DNA of 64,000 nucleotides, from assembly GCA_951406725.2 (NCBI GenBank), contig OX597814.1:45694001-45758000 (forward strand), in the 5' to 3' direction. This document shows positions 40,045 to 53,846 of this stretch, piece after piece. The stretch comes from Octopus vulgaris. Its lineage: Eukaryota. The position numbers were made by a program, and so were the translations under genes. The notes below the pieces were generated by a model. The model was not told the origin of the DNA, did not search any database, and saw nothing but the letters and a program-made list of their open reading frames with translations. Within the stretch, counting starts at the first letter, position 1. Every line of letters begins with the position of its first letter.

Positions 40045-40101
<57 letters not shown>

Positions 40102-42348
40102 TGAAAGGTTGCTGAATAAAGAAAATGAATGGGATAAAGAGAGTCTGCCGAATGTCAACTGAACAGAGGGACCAGCCATCCGAGTTGACAATTCTTTGGT
40201 AGTTAAGGCAATTAGAAGCATAAAGACAGGGAAAGCCCCAGGCCCATCAGGAATTACTGCAGAGATGCTCAAAATATCTGGCAGTGTTGGCTATAACATA
40301 GTCACCCGTATAGTTAACCAGGTGATACATGAAGGAGTCATACCCAATGACTGGTGTAGCAGCATAATAGTCAACTGCTACAAAGGTAAAGGAGACGCCC
40401 TAGATACAAATAATTACAGAGGTATCAAGCTGTTGGATCAGGTAATGAAGGTTACAGAGAGGGTCATAGCCCAACTGATTAGGGAGAGAGTCAACCACTG
40501 ATGCTGTATTTCTGGTAAGACAGCTGCAGGAGAAATACCTAGCCAAAGATAAGCCCCTGTACCTGGCTTTCGTTGACATGGAGAAAGCCGTTGACAGGGT
40601 CCCCCCCGATCCCTTATCTGGTGGTCAATGAGGAAACTAGGGATAGATGAATGGCTGGTGAGAGCTGTGCAAGCCATGTACAGGGATGCCGTAAGTAAGG
40701 TTAGGGTTGGCAACATGTACACAGAAGAATTCAAAGTAGAGGTTGGGGTCCACCAGGGTTCAGTCCTCAGCCCCCTCCTATTTATCATAGCCCTCCAGGC
40801 AATTATGGAGGAATTCAAGACAGGTTGCCTCTGGGAGCTCCTCTATGCTGACGACCTTGCTCTAATTGCTGAGTCACTATCAGAACTGGAAGAGAAGTTC
40901 CAGGTGTGGAAGGAGGGATTAGAATCGAGGGGCCTTAGAGTCAACCTAGCTAAAACCAAAGTACTAATAAGTAGGAAGGTAGACAAACCACAAATGTCTT
41001 CAGGAAGATGGCCCTGCTCGATCTGTAGAAAAGGTGTAGGTAGAAACTCTATAAGATGTACCCAGTGTAAGTTATGGACACATAAGAGGTGCAGCAATGT
41101 CAAAGGAAGGCTAACTGGGAAGATAGTTTTTGTATGTGGCAGATGCTCAGGAGCAATAAACTCTGAAAATCTGCAGAAAACAACTTCCGTTACTTTCCAG
41201 GGAGACAAACTAGAAGTAGTTGATAGCTTCCATTATCTAGGTGACCAAGTCAGTAGTGGGGGTGGGTGCGCTGAAAGTGTAACTGCTAGAGTAAGAATAG
41301 CCTGGGCAAAGTTCAGGGAGCTCTTACCTCTGCTGGTGACTAAAGGCCTCTCGCTCAGTGTAAAAGGCAGACTGTATGATGCATGTGTACGAACAGCCAT
41401 GCTACATGGCAGTGAAACATGGGCTGTGACTACTGAGGACATGCGTAAGCTCATGAGGAATGAAGCCAGTATGCTCCGATGGATGTGTAATGTCAGTGTG
41501 CATACTCGACAGAGCGTTAGTACCTTGAGAGAAATGTTAGGCCTAAGAAGCATCAGTTGTGGTGTGCAAGAGAGACGATTGCGCTGGTATGGTCATGTGG
41601 CGAGAATGGATGAAGATAGGTGTGTGAAAAAGTGTCAATTCCTAGCAGTTGAGGGAACCCGTGGAAGAGGTAGACCCAGGAAAACCTGGGACGAGGTGGT
41701 GAAGCACGACCTTCAAACTTTAGGCCTCACTGAGGAAATGACCAGCAACCGAGACCTTTGGAAATATGCTGTGCGTGAGAAGACCAGGCAGGACAAGTGA
41801 GTCCAGCCCACTTATGCATGCCTTTCCTCCCTTGGACACACAAAGACCTGTTGAGGCAAGCGAAGTCGATATCGAACCTCATCCGACAACAGGCACCCTG
41901 TTGGGGCAAGTGAAATCGGAATTGAACCAATCCTATGACTGGCACCCGGCAGATGCCAGGACCCCTGGACTGGTGATACGTAAAAAGCACTATCTGAATC
42001 GTGGCCGATGCCAGCGTCGCCTCGACTGGCTTCCGTGCTGGTGGCATGTAAAAAGCACCATCTGAATCGTGGCCGATGCCAGTGCCGCCTCGACTGGCTT
42101 CCGTGCCGGTGGCACGTAAAATGCACCAATCTGACCGTGGCCATTGCCAGCCTTGCCTGGCACCTGTGCAAGTGGCACGTAAAAAGCACCCACTACACTC
42201 ACGGAGTGGTTGGCGTTAGGAAGGGCATCCAGCTGTAGAAACACTGCCAGATAAGACTGGAGCCTGGTGCAGCCTTCTGGCTTCCCAGATCCCCAGTCGA
42301 ACCGTCCAACCCATGCTAGCATGGAGAACGGACAATGATGATGATGAT
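40102..42348 (+). mobile_element. Young 5'-truncated RTE-clade LINE: RT domain with embedded PHD-type finger, about 550-nt 3' UTR and (GAT)n tail, inserted in (TA)n
   Basis: GKAPGPSGI, NYRGIKLL, GVHQGSVLSPLLF, LLYADD, RLRWYGHV and RGRGRPRKTW motifs. Disabled by a stop near 40160, a deletion near 40495 (the usual QFGF motif is absent) and a frameshift near 40605. Confidence 0.95.
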
Positions 42349-42756
42349 ATATATATATATATGATATAACAATATATAAATATATAAAGACACATAAATC
42401 ATAAATGTACTTGCAGGAGATCTTATGAGGTAGTATATCCATATTAGAAATCAACGAGAATATTAAAAGATGCACATGGTGAATGTAAATAGATGAAATA
42501 GTAGTATAAGATGATTTTAAGAAGAATCTTCAGTGGGTACAAAATCTGATGGCCATTTTGAGAATATGTAGGTTGAGATGGGCAAGTTATTTCTAATTAT
42601 AAAAAGCATCTACATTTCTCTCATCAGAGGTAATTTAAGAGGATTTACAAAAGAATTAGAATTTTTTTTTTAAAAAACATAAGAATTTAAAAAATTCAAA
42701 TGCTATATGAAAAAACAAACTGTTTGGGCAAATGATATATAATAAAAGCTGAGTTT

Positions 42757-42925
42757 CATCATCATCATCGTTTAACACCCGCTTTCCATGCTAGCATGGG
42801 TTGGACGGTTCAACTGGAGTCTGGGAAGCCAGAAGGCTGCACCAGGCCCAGTCTGATCTGGCAGTGTTTCTACAGCTGGATGCCCTTCCTAACACCAACC
42901 ACTCCGTGAGTGTAGCGGGTGCTTT
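42757..42925 (-). mobile_element. Short inverted copy of the RTE 3' end
   Basis: Near-perfect reverse complement of 42183-42348. Confidence 0.9.
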
Positions 42926-43105
42926 ATGTTGAAATAGATTATAAAACTATTGATAATAGTGTTTTTAAGATGAATCCAAATGTACAAAGGCTAAATAGAC
43001 TAAAATCATATAAACTAATTATTTTTGGAAGAAAATTTAAACGATGATAAATATTTATGTCTTCAAAGAATTATGATATCCAAAATCTTAAGTAAAATAA
43101 TTGGA

Positions 43106-43311
43106 TTACATTCGCTGTGTGCATCTTTTAATATTCTCATTGATTTCTAATACGGATAAACTATCGCGCAAGATCTCCTGTAAGTACATTTATGATTTAT
43201 ATGTATTATTGCTATATCATTATATATATATATATATATAAGTGCACCTATGTATGCTGTGAAATATATTGTGTGATTAAGAACACTGACTTCTGAAATT
43301 TATTTTCTCTT
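43106..43311 (-). repeat. About 200-bp element with central (TA)n; inverted copy of 39971-40039 plus 42349-42488
   Basis: Reverse-complement matches such as AGTGCACCTATGTATGCTGTGAAATATATTG and GTGCATCTTTTAATATTCTC. Confidence 0.85.
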
Positions 43312-43499
43312 TATATATAAAATTATCTATTATATTTAATAATAATCATAAAAATAATTGATCAAACAATATTTACTACTGAAGCTCTGTTTCAGCATGA
43401 AAAGTAAGAGTAAGAAAGCTCAACATTTGTCAATCTGAAGGGGTCTTTAATAGGGTTCTATGGTCTGAAGTCTCATAGTTGCTATGAAAACTATCGGCA

Positions 43500-44600
43500 G
43501 ATGAATGCCTAGGGAGCTGTTGAAACCATATATAAAAATGTCCCCTGCAAGGTGAGAGGAATTTACTACTGTAGACGGATGCTCATCAGGACTTAGCTCT
43601 TAGACCTCTCCTGTTTGTTAAGATTTGCCAAGCAATATCAGAGTTCACAATAATATGTCAGTGGGAACTTTTGCATGCCAATGATCTAATATTCAGAACT
43701 GTATCTTGAGAAGAAATTCAAAATGTGGGAGAAAAGTCTAGAAGTGAGAGGTCTCAAAGTAAATCTGGCAGAGACGAAATCTTTAGCAGGAAACAAGGCA
43801 AGATTCTACAACCATCTAAGAAATAGCTGTGCTAAGAATACAGAAAACATGGTGAAAGGAATTTCAAACACTACGCCTAATGTAAATTATGTGTACACAA
43901 GAATGTAAGGGAATCATAGGTAGATTGACAGTAATCGCAGCCCCACCACACACACACAAAATGCATATGCATCAAATGTACCAGAGTAGTTAGTAATAAG
44001 AGCATCAGTGGTACCTAAAGTAGTTGACAGCTTCCCTTACATGGTGATCTAATTAAGAGTAGCGGTGGATGCTTCAAACATTTAGCAACCAGAATAAGAA
44101 CAGATGGAAAAAATTTAAGGAACTGTTTCCTCAGCTGGTAACAAAAGGTTATATCATGAAAAAGTGATATGAAGTGCAACAATGCATAGTAGTGAAACAC
44201 AGGCATTAAATGTGAAAGATGCATGAAAGAATAATGTTAACATACTCCACTAGATGGGTAGAACTGTGTATGAATGATGGAGAACAAATGAATTGAAAGA
44301 AAAACTGAGTACAAGAGGAATCAGATACAGTATGCAAGATGGAACAATGGAGCCAGAATTGAAATGTGCTACACATAGAAGATGATAGTTAAGTAGAGAA
44401 ATGCCAAATGATCCAAATGGAAAGCTGAAAAAGACATGGGCAGAAGTGGTGGAAGCTGATGTAGATGCTAAACTTCATAAAGGAGAAGATGCATGACTGA
44501 GACAAGTGGAAAGATCCTGTTCTGGAGAAAGCCTATCTAGCTTGTTCATGCAAGCATGAAAAAACAAAACAAAACAAAACCCCAATGATGATGATGATGA
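43500..44600 (+). mobile_element. Old, decayed RTE LINE copy
   Basis: MWEKSLEVRGLKVNLAETK parallels VWKEGLESRGLRVNLAKTK of the young copy. (GAT)n tail near 44590. Confidence 0.75.
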
Positions 44601-47569
44601 GGAGGAGGTGGATGAATAGTGAACTTGAGAGCAAAATGCAAATAACTTTGAAGATTAGCATTACTGGAACATTTCATATTCATAGAACATTTTTAATGAA
44701 GCACCTAATTGTTAGCATATTGATGCGTGGTTTCAAAACTAAAAGAATGTAACATTATATCAAGCTACTATAATTCTTGGCACAAAAATATATCTAAGAG
44801 AGCCCTTCCCCACCTGAAAAAAAAGGGGGAAGAAATCTATTATTTGATGAATTAGTATTCCATGACGTTAGACCAACAGCTTGATTTCATTGGTGAGAAT
44901 TACTTGGATTCTGTTTATATATTCCATTCTCTATATGAAAACTGGAACTGAATACATTGAAATGACCCATTTTCAGTCCATAAATATATTTTTAGCAATT
45001 AATTACTTTTACAGCAAACTAAAAGGTCATGATGCCCAATTCACTATTTTTCATTCATTCAAATAATTTGAAGTCAAAACAACAAAACTTGATCTGACTA
45101 AAGAGTAATTTAAAAACTGGTTCTTGTATAAACTTATAATAGAGAATCTTAATAACTGAACAAGAGATCATTTGCTTTCAAAAGTTCCCATGTCTATTTA
45201 GTCTTGGGTGATTAAAGATTAACATATTAAAATCTTAACCCTTAGTAGAAACTTTTTCAATAAATCAATAAAAAGTGATAAATTGATAAAACTGTATGAG
45301 TCCATTTTTTAAATACCACTAAGTAATATTACTCAACCGTAAACTAATTTGTAAAATTTTGTATTAAATTCATTTTTCCATACTTTTGAGTAAAGTGATT
45401 TAGTTATTGGAGCCATTTTAACAGTTAAATGCTCTTCCAATGGTTAACTATATGTTTTTGTTCAGTAATCATAGACACCAGCTTAGGGGCAAACTATAAC
45501 AAAATGACAGTAATAAAATATTAATTGATGACCATGTTGTCAGTACACCATAACTTCACTGCTACATTTCATGCATGAAGAATTTAACAAAATACACAAA
45601 GAATTTAAGACAAATAATAATGAAGAATTTATTCCACTTAACAAAATGATCATTTTACTTCAATGTTTAAGAACACTGATAATGAAGCAAAATATACAAA
45701 TAAACCCTGTTATCAGACTGCAGAGCAGTTATTCATGCTCATCATCTATGGCTTGTGCATTTATGTACTATGATTCAAGTTGTAAAGTTAACGGTTTAGT
45801 ATAGCAAGCATGAGTTTTATTAAAGAAGTACAATAAACCAGCCAACATGAATTTATACATAGACCTTACACACGAAAAAAAAAAAATTGTGAAGTATAAA
45901 GAATACTTTATGGGCTGTTACAATTAGCTTCTTATATAGGCACAAGGTAATCATTTTGAGGGTTAATTAATTGAAATTAGCCCAATGTCTCAGTGTATAG
46001 TTGATATTTATTGACTCTTGAGGTATGATGGTAGAGTTGACTTGAATAAAATTTCAACTCAGAATGTAACAGGCATAGTTATGTTTGTTACTATACAGTC
46101 TTCCATTGAACTACATCAAGGAGGATGGAGCAAGGTTCAGCACAACACATGTGGAGGATGACATGATGATAAAATAGTAGATAGAACCATAAAAGCAAAA
46201 GGACAAACCTGAAAAAAAATAGAGGAAACTGGGGAGCAAAGAACATTACTAAGTATTTATGAGAGAGGCTAATTGTCTGTCTATAGTGTGAGCACTAGAG
46301 GCATGAGGTTTTCCAGATTGTGAGATAATGTATTGGAGTAAATCAGGCCATCATTGGTGAAATGTGTGTATAGAATGATGCATCATATTTGCCCTTAATA
46401 TCAGCAAGATGAAAGAGGCAGGGAAATGAGATAAATAGTTACTGAACGAGGAGATTGAGCAGGAATAAGCGGGGTTACCTTGGTTGAATTGAACAGAGAA
46501 AGTTGCAACTGAAGTTAATTACAATGTAGTAGGAATTAATGATATCAAGGTTGGGAAGGCAGCTGGCTCACCAGAGATAATAACTGAGATATTAAAAATA
46601 TCTAGTCAAATCATGTAGTGCATGGAATTATCTCTAATGACTGGAAGCAGTTTTGTAAACTACAAGAGAAAAGATGGTTGACAAGGAAATGTAGCAAATC
46701 TGTCATGACAAAAGGAAGACTATATTTGTGGTGTGCCAATGATGTGAACTTACACCTACAAGTTTAATTCACAGCTGTCAAATAAATCTGTAGATATACC
46801 TTTTTGCTGTTAGCAGTGATTCTATGCCAACCATTTCTAACAGTCAGTGCTTAGTACCAGGTTATATTAACAAGCATGTCTAGTCACTAGAGAGAATGCC
46901 AGTAGTAGTAGTGATACAGACAGTAAATCAGTTATGCAATACCAACTAGAGTGACTGGCTTGCTTTTATCAACAACCTAGATTCTTGACCAACTCAAATG
47001 GTAACTCCACATAAAACTATGTGGTGACTTTTCCCCATAGAATTATGCAGAAATTCCAGTCAGAACCATGTAGTGAGCTATTATAACAACCAGCTCAAAG
47101 ACAAAATTGCTTTAACTGTAGTTATGTATTAAATCAACTACAGTGACAGATGGCTTTTTGCAGCCATAGTTTGCAGTTAGAACTTGCAGCAACAAACTAT
47201 TTACTTCCTAGTTTAACTTTCATTTGAAGCATATGGTAATAAGAATATAAATTCTGCATACTTTAAAATGGAAATACCACTGCAGAATTACTTGCATGTA
47301 CACATACACTCTTCATTGACTAACTTTGTAGAATGCTTTCTTCCTTTCTGTATTCAATAAATTTTCAATGTTTTTCATATATTCTTGGCATTGGAACTTA
47401 AAGACATTTTATATGTACTATTAATCTTCTTGCTGAACAGGCCTGTCATAGTCATATTAATTTATTGACAAGCAGAGAATATATATCCTCATGCTGTTAC
47501 TATAAATAACATCATATAGTTACTCAGTTTACACATTTGGTTGAATTAATGTTTTCTAGAGAAGTAATT

Positions 47570-48350
47570 ACAGAAGTATTCAACAGATGACCAAATCATG
47601 AAAGTGGCAAGTCTTGTAGAACAAATCCTATACTTAGTATTCAATGACTTGGGAGAAAGATATCACACCATAGTCTGGTAGTCAATAAGAACATTGGGAG
47701 AAGAAAAATGGTTTGTGAGAATTGTGCAAGTCATGTACCAAAGTAATTTCAGGAAAGTAAGAGTTAAGAATGAGCCCAGTAAAAGTTTAGTGTGCAAATA
47801 GGTACCCATCAGAGTTTGATTTGCAACCATTTCCAGTTTGCTATTGTCCTCAAAGCCATCACAGAGGAGTCCAAGACAGCTGCTAGCAAGAATTCATGTA
47901 TGCAGACAATCCAGTGCTTAGAGCCGAATTTGTTGAAATGTTAGAAAAAGATTACTAACAGAAGAGTAGAATTTAGAATCAACTGTTAATTAAGCAAACA
48001 AAGCATTACTATCAACAAGGAAGTGGTTATGTCCAATACACAGAAAGGGAGCAGAGAGGTACTCTATACTGTGAACCCAAATGGGTACAGTACAAGATTC
48101 AGTGGGATCTTAGGTAGGCTGATAGAGAAGATTTCATATGTAAAAGATCCATACTAGTAGATAGCAGTGAAGACTTAAGTGCCCAGTAGCCTTGTTGGAA
48201 GTAGATCTGTTTTGTTACCTAGGTGATGTAATCAGCCAGCAGTGAAGGTGGATGATGCAAAAGCATGGTAGCTGATTAAGGCCAGTGTAGGAAGAGATTA
48301 GGGAGAGAGCTATTACCACAATTCACATCAAAGGGTTTCACTTAGTTAGT
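47570..48350 (+). mobile_element. Old, decayed RTE LINE copy
   Basis: Remnants of LQAITEE.KT, MYAD and FCYLGD matching the young RTE. Confidence 0.65.
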
Positions 48351-51300
48351 GATGGCTAAAGTGTGACATTACAAAAATGAAAAGTAAGCTTGACTTTGGA
48401 AGGATTTGAACTCAGAGCACTAAAAGCCAGAACTAGGAACATAAGGCAACCTATCTGAAGCCAACTTTCCACCAAATAAACTCTTAAAATATTTCACATT
48501 CTTTTTTTCCAGAAATTTATCTCCAAATGGAAGATATTTTCAGAAAAGGGAAAGGCTTTTGCAGATAACTTTTATTGTTCTTACTATTGATGGCCATTGA
48601 GTTGCAGAAACTGTAAAGTACAAGACTAGCTGCTGGGTTACAGAAACAGGTAAAAGTACTAGACTAAGTGCTTCATGATATTTACTCATGTATCTTCTTT
48701 ACCATAAAGGTTTCCATCCCTCTGAAGTTGAAGAAAATAGGTGGTAGTCATTGAACCATCAACACAGTCTGTAATTTTTAGTCCTTATGTTTCATTTATT
48801 TCTAAATGAAAATGCTACACACCAATTCTAAGTATACAGTTACAAAATGTAATCTTAGCTTACCAGAACATTTTAATAATGTTGAGTTTGATGTATGACA
48901 AGAGTAACAAACATGAAAGACAAAAACTGGAGGCATCACATATTCATCTCAATTTTCATAAGCCCAGGGTACACAATAGAATGTTTCATATGCTTAACCA
49001 GCTTTGCTTGGGTTTCCAACTATGCTGATACAGATTCCAATAAACTGCAATATGCACCAATAAACCTTTGATATGGCTTGGCATAAGGAGCACTTAATAC
49101 ACTTCAAACTGATTAGTTGGTTTGACAAGTTCTCACATTAATTACTCCACTTAGATAGAAATAATACATATAAATTTATAGTTTTGACATTCTCTTTCAT
49201 AAAAGGCCATTCATCTGTTAATATTATGAGCCTTCACTTGACTTAAGTTAATTTCAAGTTCCATTAGGATGCAACTTATATTATAGAAAAATATTACCAC
49301 ACATTCAAATTCTTGTGAACAATTCTTTAAGAATTCTTGGTATTGCACAAACTAAGACAGTCAAAAAATAAATATATTAGTTTTGAGAATACAGAACAAC
49401 ATGTTATGGACTGCTGCTCTCCTATATGGAATGCACTGGCAGCCTTTTATGACAATAAATATCCCACTGAAGAATTAGTTAAGAACCAACTTATTAATTT
49501 TAAAACGTTCCATAATTGAGAGCACAAATAATTTATTTCGTTTTTTTTTTTTTCGTTACATAAATGTATTTCTGTATAAGAGCTATGTACCAACTTTTTA
49601 CTATAATCAATGTTTCTCATTCTCAGACCCCTGATCCATAGAATATCCACAAGACTTCTCAAAACATACCTGATGCATTTGTTTCATAAGTCAACCATAC
49701 ATACATAATACATGCCAAAAGTTAGTTGTTTAATCATCTTATTATCATTGTTTCATAACATGATTTTATTCAGCAGAACAGGATAATTCCATTCATCTTG
49801 AACATTTCCTTTAACAGCATGTTCCAAAGTTTTACCATATGTATTGCAACTCTCACTATTACCATTTCATTATTTCACTTCACTGATATTCTATTAACAG
49901 TCATTAAATCTTTTGTGGAACTACCATTATATGTTGTAGGTCTTTTGCTTGTAATACCAATTTTGAGGTTATCAGAGAATTTTGCTGCTCCAGTGCTTCA
50001 CAATTTACTAACTATATAATATGCAATATAGTTTCCTTGTGAGCTGAGTTGTGAAGACACAAACACATACTTATGTATGATTTGCTGTTTCTTTCTTCCA
50101 AATTTCATTCACAAAGTATTGGTTAATCCAAGGCCATAATAGAAAACTGTTGCTGAAGTTACTGTGTGGTAGGCTCAGAACTACGACACAAACATTTTAA
50201 CAACACAGCCATATATGCACATATCAATATCAATAGCTGTTTTTCAAGTGAAAACCAATATATTTATCTGATATCCATTCACCTGCTTTCTTAACTTACA
50301 CTCGCTATGACCCTCAAATTAACACTGCTTATCCAACTTTCAAAGTGTTGGCAGCAGGGCATGGATTTAGTTATTGGCGGGACTTACCATGAAATTCCTG
50401 GCTTTGAACTAGAAGGATGTCGTGCAGAGGATCTTCAATGCAAGCCAATGGATGAGACCTTAATATTCCTAGTTAGATGGAAACTGCAGGACCACATGGA
50501 GCAGTACTCTGTGACTCCAATAGTATGTGCAACCAAAACCCCTAAAAAAGGGGTGTCCTATGAGATGACCTAGATGATGAGATTATCCAGCTGGTGATAT
50601 TTAACTTACTCTTCTTTTATCACTGCAGGCTATCTATTCTGATTAACACAGAAAGCTGTACTTCTGTTTAATTTTGTCACTAATAAAATCAGTAGTTACA
50701 TATGTTTTTTTCCCACTTATTTCCTTTAAATAAACAGGTGTATCTCATCATGAAATTTATCTATAACCTCAAATAACTTATGAAAACAATCTATAATTTT
50801 CAATTCATAAGAGCTTATTCTATTTCTAATGAAACTACTTTTACAATTTATCACCTTAGTTCATCAAGACACAGTAATGTTAGATTTCATAGGAGACAAA
50901 AAAAAAAAAAAAAAAGCAAAAATCAACTATCATAGACATCATCTTGGATATATTAATAAATTGTTCCAAAAGGCTTAACCATTTTCCTGGGGTCCTTGAG
51001 CCAATCTGACCCAAAACACAATACTTATTACAACAATGAATTCTCAGTGTAACACATGAACATTATTTTCTAAATCACATCTCATTCAAAACTAACATCC
51101 TTCATATTCACACGACATACACCCTATTAACTACACTTAAACGACAATATGAAAGAAAAATTAAAAATAATGTAAACAATCATAAGTGTCATATTCAGAA
51201 AAAAAAAAGTTAATTAAAAATGTTTTTGACACTAATTTACAAACAATACCTAGACTTCCTGAGGTTTCAACCACTTTTCTACAAATTATAAATCAGCCTA

Positions 51301-52879
51301 CACTGTGCCTATGTAATTTAACAAGTAACACACAGGCAGTGTACACAGGAAAAGGAAAATAATAAAACTAAAAGACCACTTAAAACATGTAAGATCTCTT
51401 TAGTCTATGATTATAGTTTGCTCCAGTTGAACTGTTGTATGAACTGGAGCTCATACAACACAAGTAAAACCTGCAAATACCAGTAGCACTCATATTCAAA
51501 AATCATTTTCTTAACCATCTTATCTAACTCATATAAGTACAAAATCCATGTACAGAAAAATAATTTCAATATCAATGGATTTATTAGCTCTAAATTGCTG
51601 AGCTGTATCAAGTGAATTTACTAAATGCTGAGTAATGTAAGTTGTTAGACATTCGCTGGCTTCACTAAACCATTTTTGTTGTAATTATCACCAGAACCTT
51701 GATCTGTATACAGACCCCCCCCCCCAAAAAAAAAACAGCTGTTTACAACACACCATTTGCAATAATGCATGATGGTCTACAATGAGCCACAGACTAAAAA
51801 GCAACTCAATAATAGTCTTAAAACATATTTAGATCAATGAATATAAAGTTTGTTCTTAATGACTTTTCTTCTAAGCACAGAAAACAGAAATAAGGAATTT
51901 GTGGTTCCACACAAATACAAGTTCCAGTTTATTCAACTATTGCATTAATTATTACCATCCACATTATCTACTTGCCCTATAACCTAATTTTTCAATCCTA
52001 AAAATATTTTTCCTTAGTTGACCTGTTATATTCTTCAATTTATATATTTTATTCACCCAAAAACATACATTAAAACTATGTTAATGGATTTATCCTCTCA
52101 ATGTCAAAATTACTCATTTGTAACAGAGAAGTTTTATTCTCATGATCAAATACCCTTTAGTTAATGATGTGGTGGCAGAGACTTTTGTCTGAATACTCCA
52201 GTTAATAAGGTACTAATAGAAAAAATACATGGGGTAGTTTGATATAATTATCAGATTTAAATTCTAGATTTTGCAGTAAGAAATTAATGCTTCCTCATTT
52301 TGAATTGAAGCCAACTCATCAGTTAAGAATTATAACTGTCAAGGTTTGTTCAATAGTTATAACTTTATTATTTGGCACAAAGCTTCGCATTTTGGAGGAG
52401 TGCAGAATTTCTTATATTGACCTCAGTACTTGACTAGTACTTATTTTATCTACACCAGAAGGGTCAAAGGCAAAGTTGACTTCTGCAGTATTTGGACAGA
52501 GTACAAACACCACAGGCATTACTTAGATAATTACTTCAATTCTATAAAGACATAAAAATGTCCAACATAACCTCAAAATTTTTTGGTCTTTCTGTATTTA
52601 AAATGATGTATATGGATGACTATCTCATTATTGTCAGGAAAAATGATTTGTTTTGGTATTCTGCATCATAATTATTTTTTCAGAATGTCAAATGTTACTT
52701 TGTAACAAATTAAAAGGCAATCAATTATTATTGACAATTAAATAAAGTGCTTTAAGTGGTCAACTGAAGACTTTTTAACTTAGAAATAATTCTATCTCTT
52801 CCACAAGATAATCAACATATATTAAAACTAATACAAGTTAAACAAAATATGTAATCAGAGACAAGTTTTTCATAATTTT

Positions 52880-53252
52880 AATGTCCACTTTTTTCATGCT
52901 TGCCTGAGTCAGATAGAATTCATTGAAGTAGGTTTTCTACAGCCAGATGCATTCTTGTCACCTCACCTGTTTCCAAGTGACATGTTTTCATGGACGACTG
53001 GGAACGTGCGATCTTCTGTCTTGTATGACAATGACGCTTGTTTATAACTATCCCATGATATCAAGGCAAGAGACGTAAACAAGCACACCTATACATTGGC
53101 CTTTTTCAGCTTCCATTGACCAAATCCTCTCAGGTTTTGGTTAGCTCTGAGCTATAGTACAAGACATTTGCCCAAGGTGCGCCACAAAGTGAACTGAAAC
53201 TAAAACCATATGGCTGGAAAGTGAACTTTTTAAACACCCAGCCATACCCGCA
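52880..53252 (-). mobile_element. Degraded SINE with the 11020-family head and an RTE-type tail
   Basis: CCCAAGGTG...GAACTGAA head and TTTCTACAGCCAGATGC tail. Confidence 0.65.
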
Positions 53253-53846
53253 CAATTATTGACATGTGTTCTATCATTTTGTTTCTTTGTTTATACAAAG
53301 ATTCTAACAAGTGTGATTTTTGTCCTGCAATAAGTTACTTATACCTCTTCATCATTTCCAGTCAGAAATGACATGAACCAGTAATTGGCCCATTGGAAAC
53401 CTATAGCTAATGATAATATTGTTCACAAATTGCAAGATAAAATAAAAATAAATAAAGCACAGTTTGGATGTCTCAGGGTTAACATCCACAAATCATTTCT
53501 CAGTTAAACATAATGAATTTGGAAGAGCCTGGGTTCAGGAGTGAAACAGTGGAATTCTCAAATATATTGGAAGCGAGCTATAAAAAAGCTATATATGTAA
53601 TAATTGGCTATATGTATATGGGCATATACATATGCCTATATATCTAATATTGATACGAAAAATTATTTTAAGATAGTTTATGAGAAGACCAAAGATTTTC
53701 TCATTTAAATAACTTAAAATATAAAGTACTTTCTTTTATGAAAGCCACATGAAAGATGCAATTACACGTTTTATTTCATTTTTCGTAAGTTTTCTCAATA
53801 AAGAATAAAGGTAAAATTAAAATGTATTTAAAAATAAGATACTTAC

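Noticed and set aside
41980-42190. Regularly spaced repeats resembling a CRISPR array
   Set aside because: The intervening sequences are themselves near-identical, the context is a eukaryotic LINE 3' UTR, and there are no cas genes.
40438-42475. Several 100-160 aa antisense and overlapping ORFs
   Set aside because: These are shadow frames of the GC-richer RTE element and its tandem repeats.
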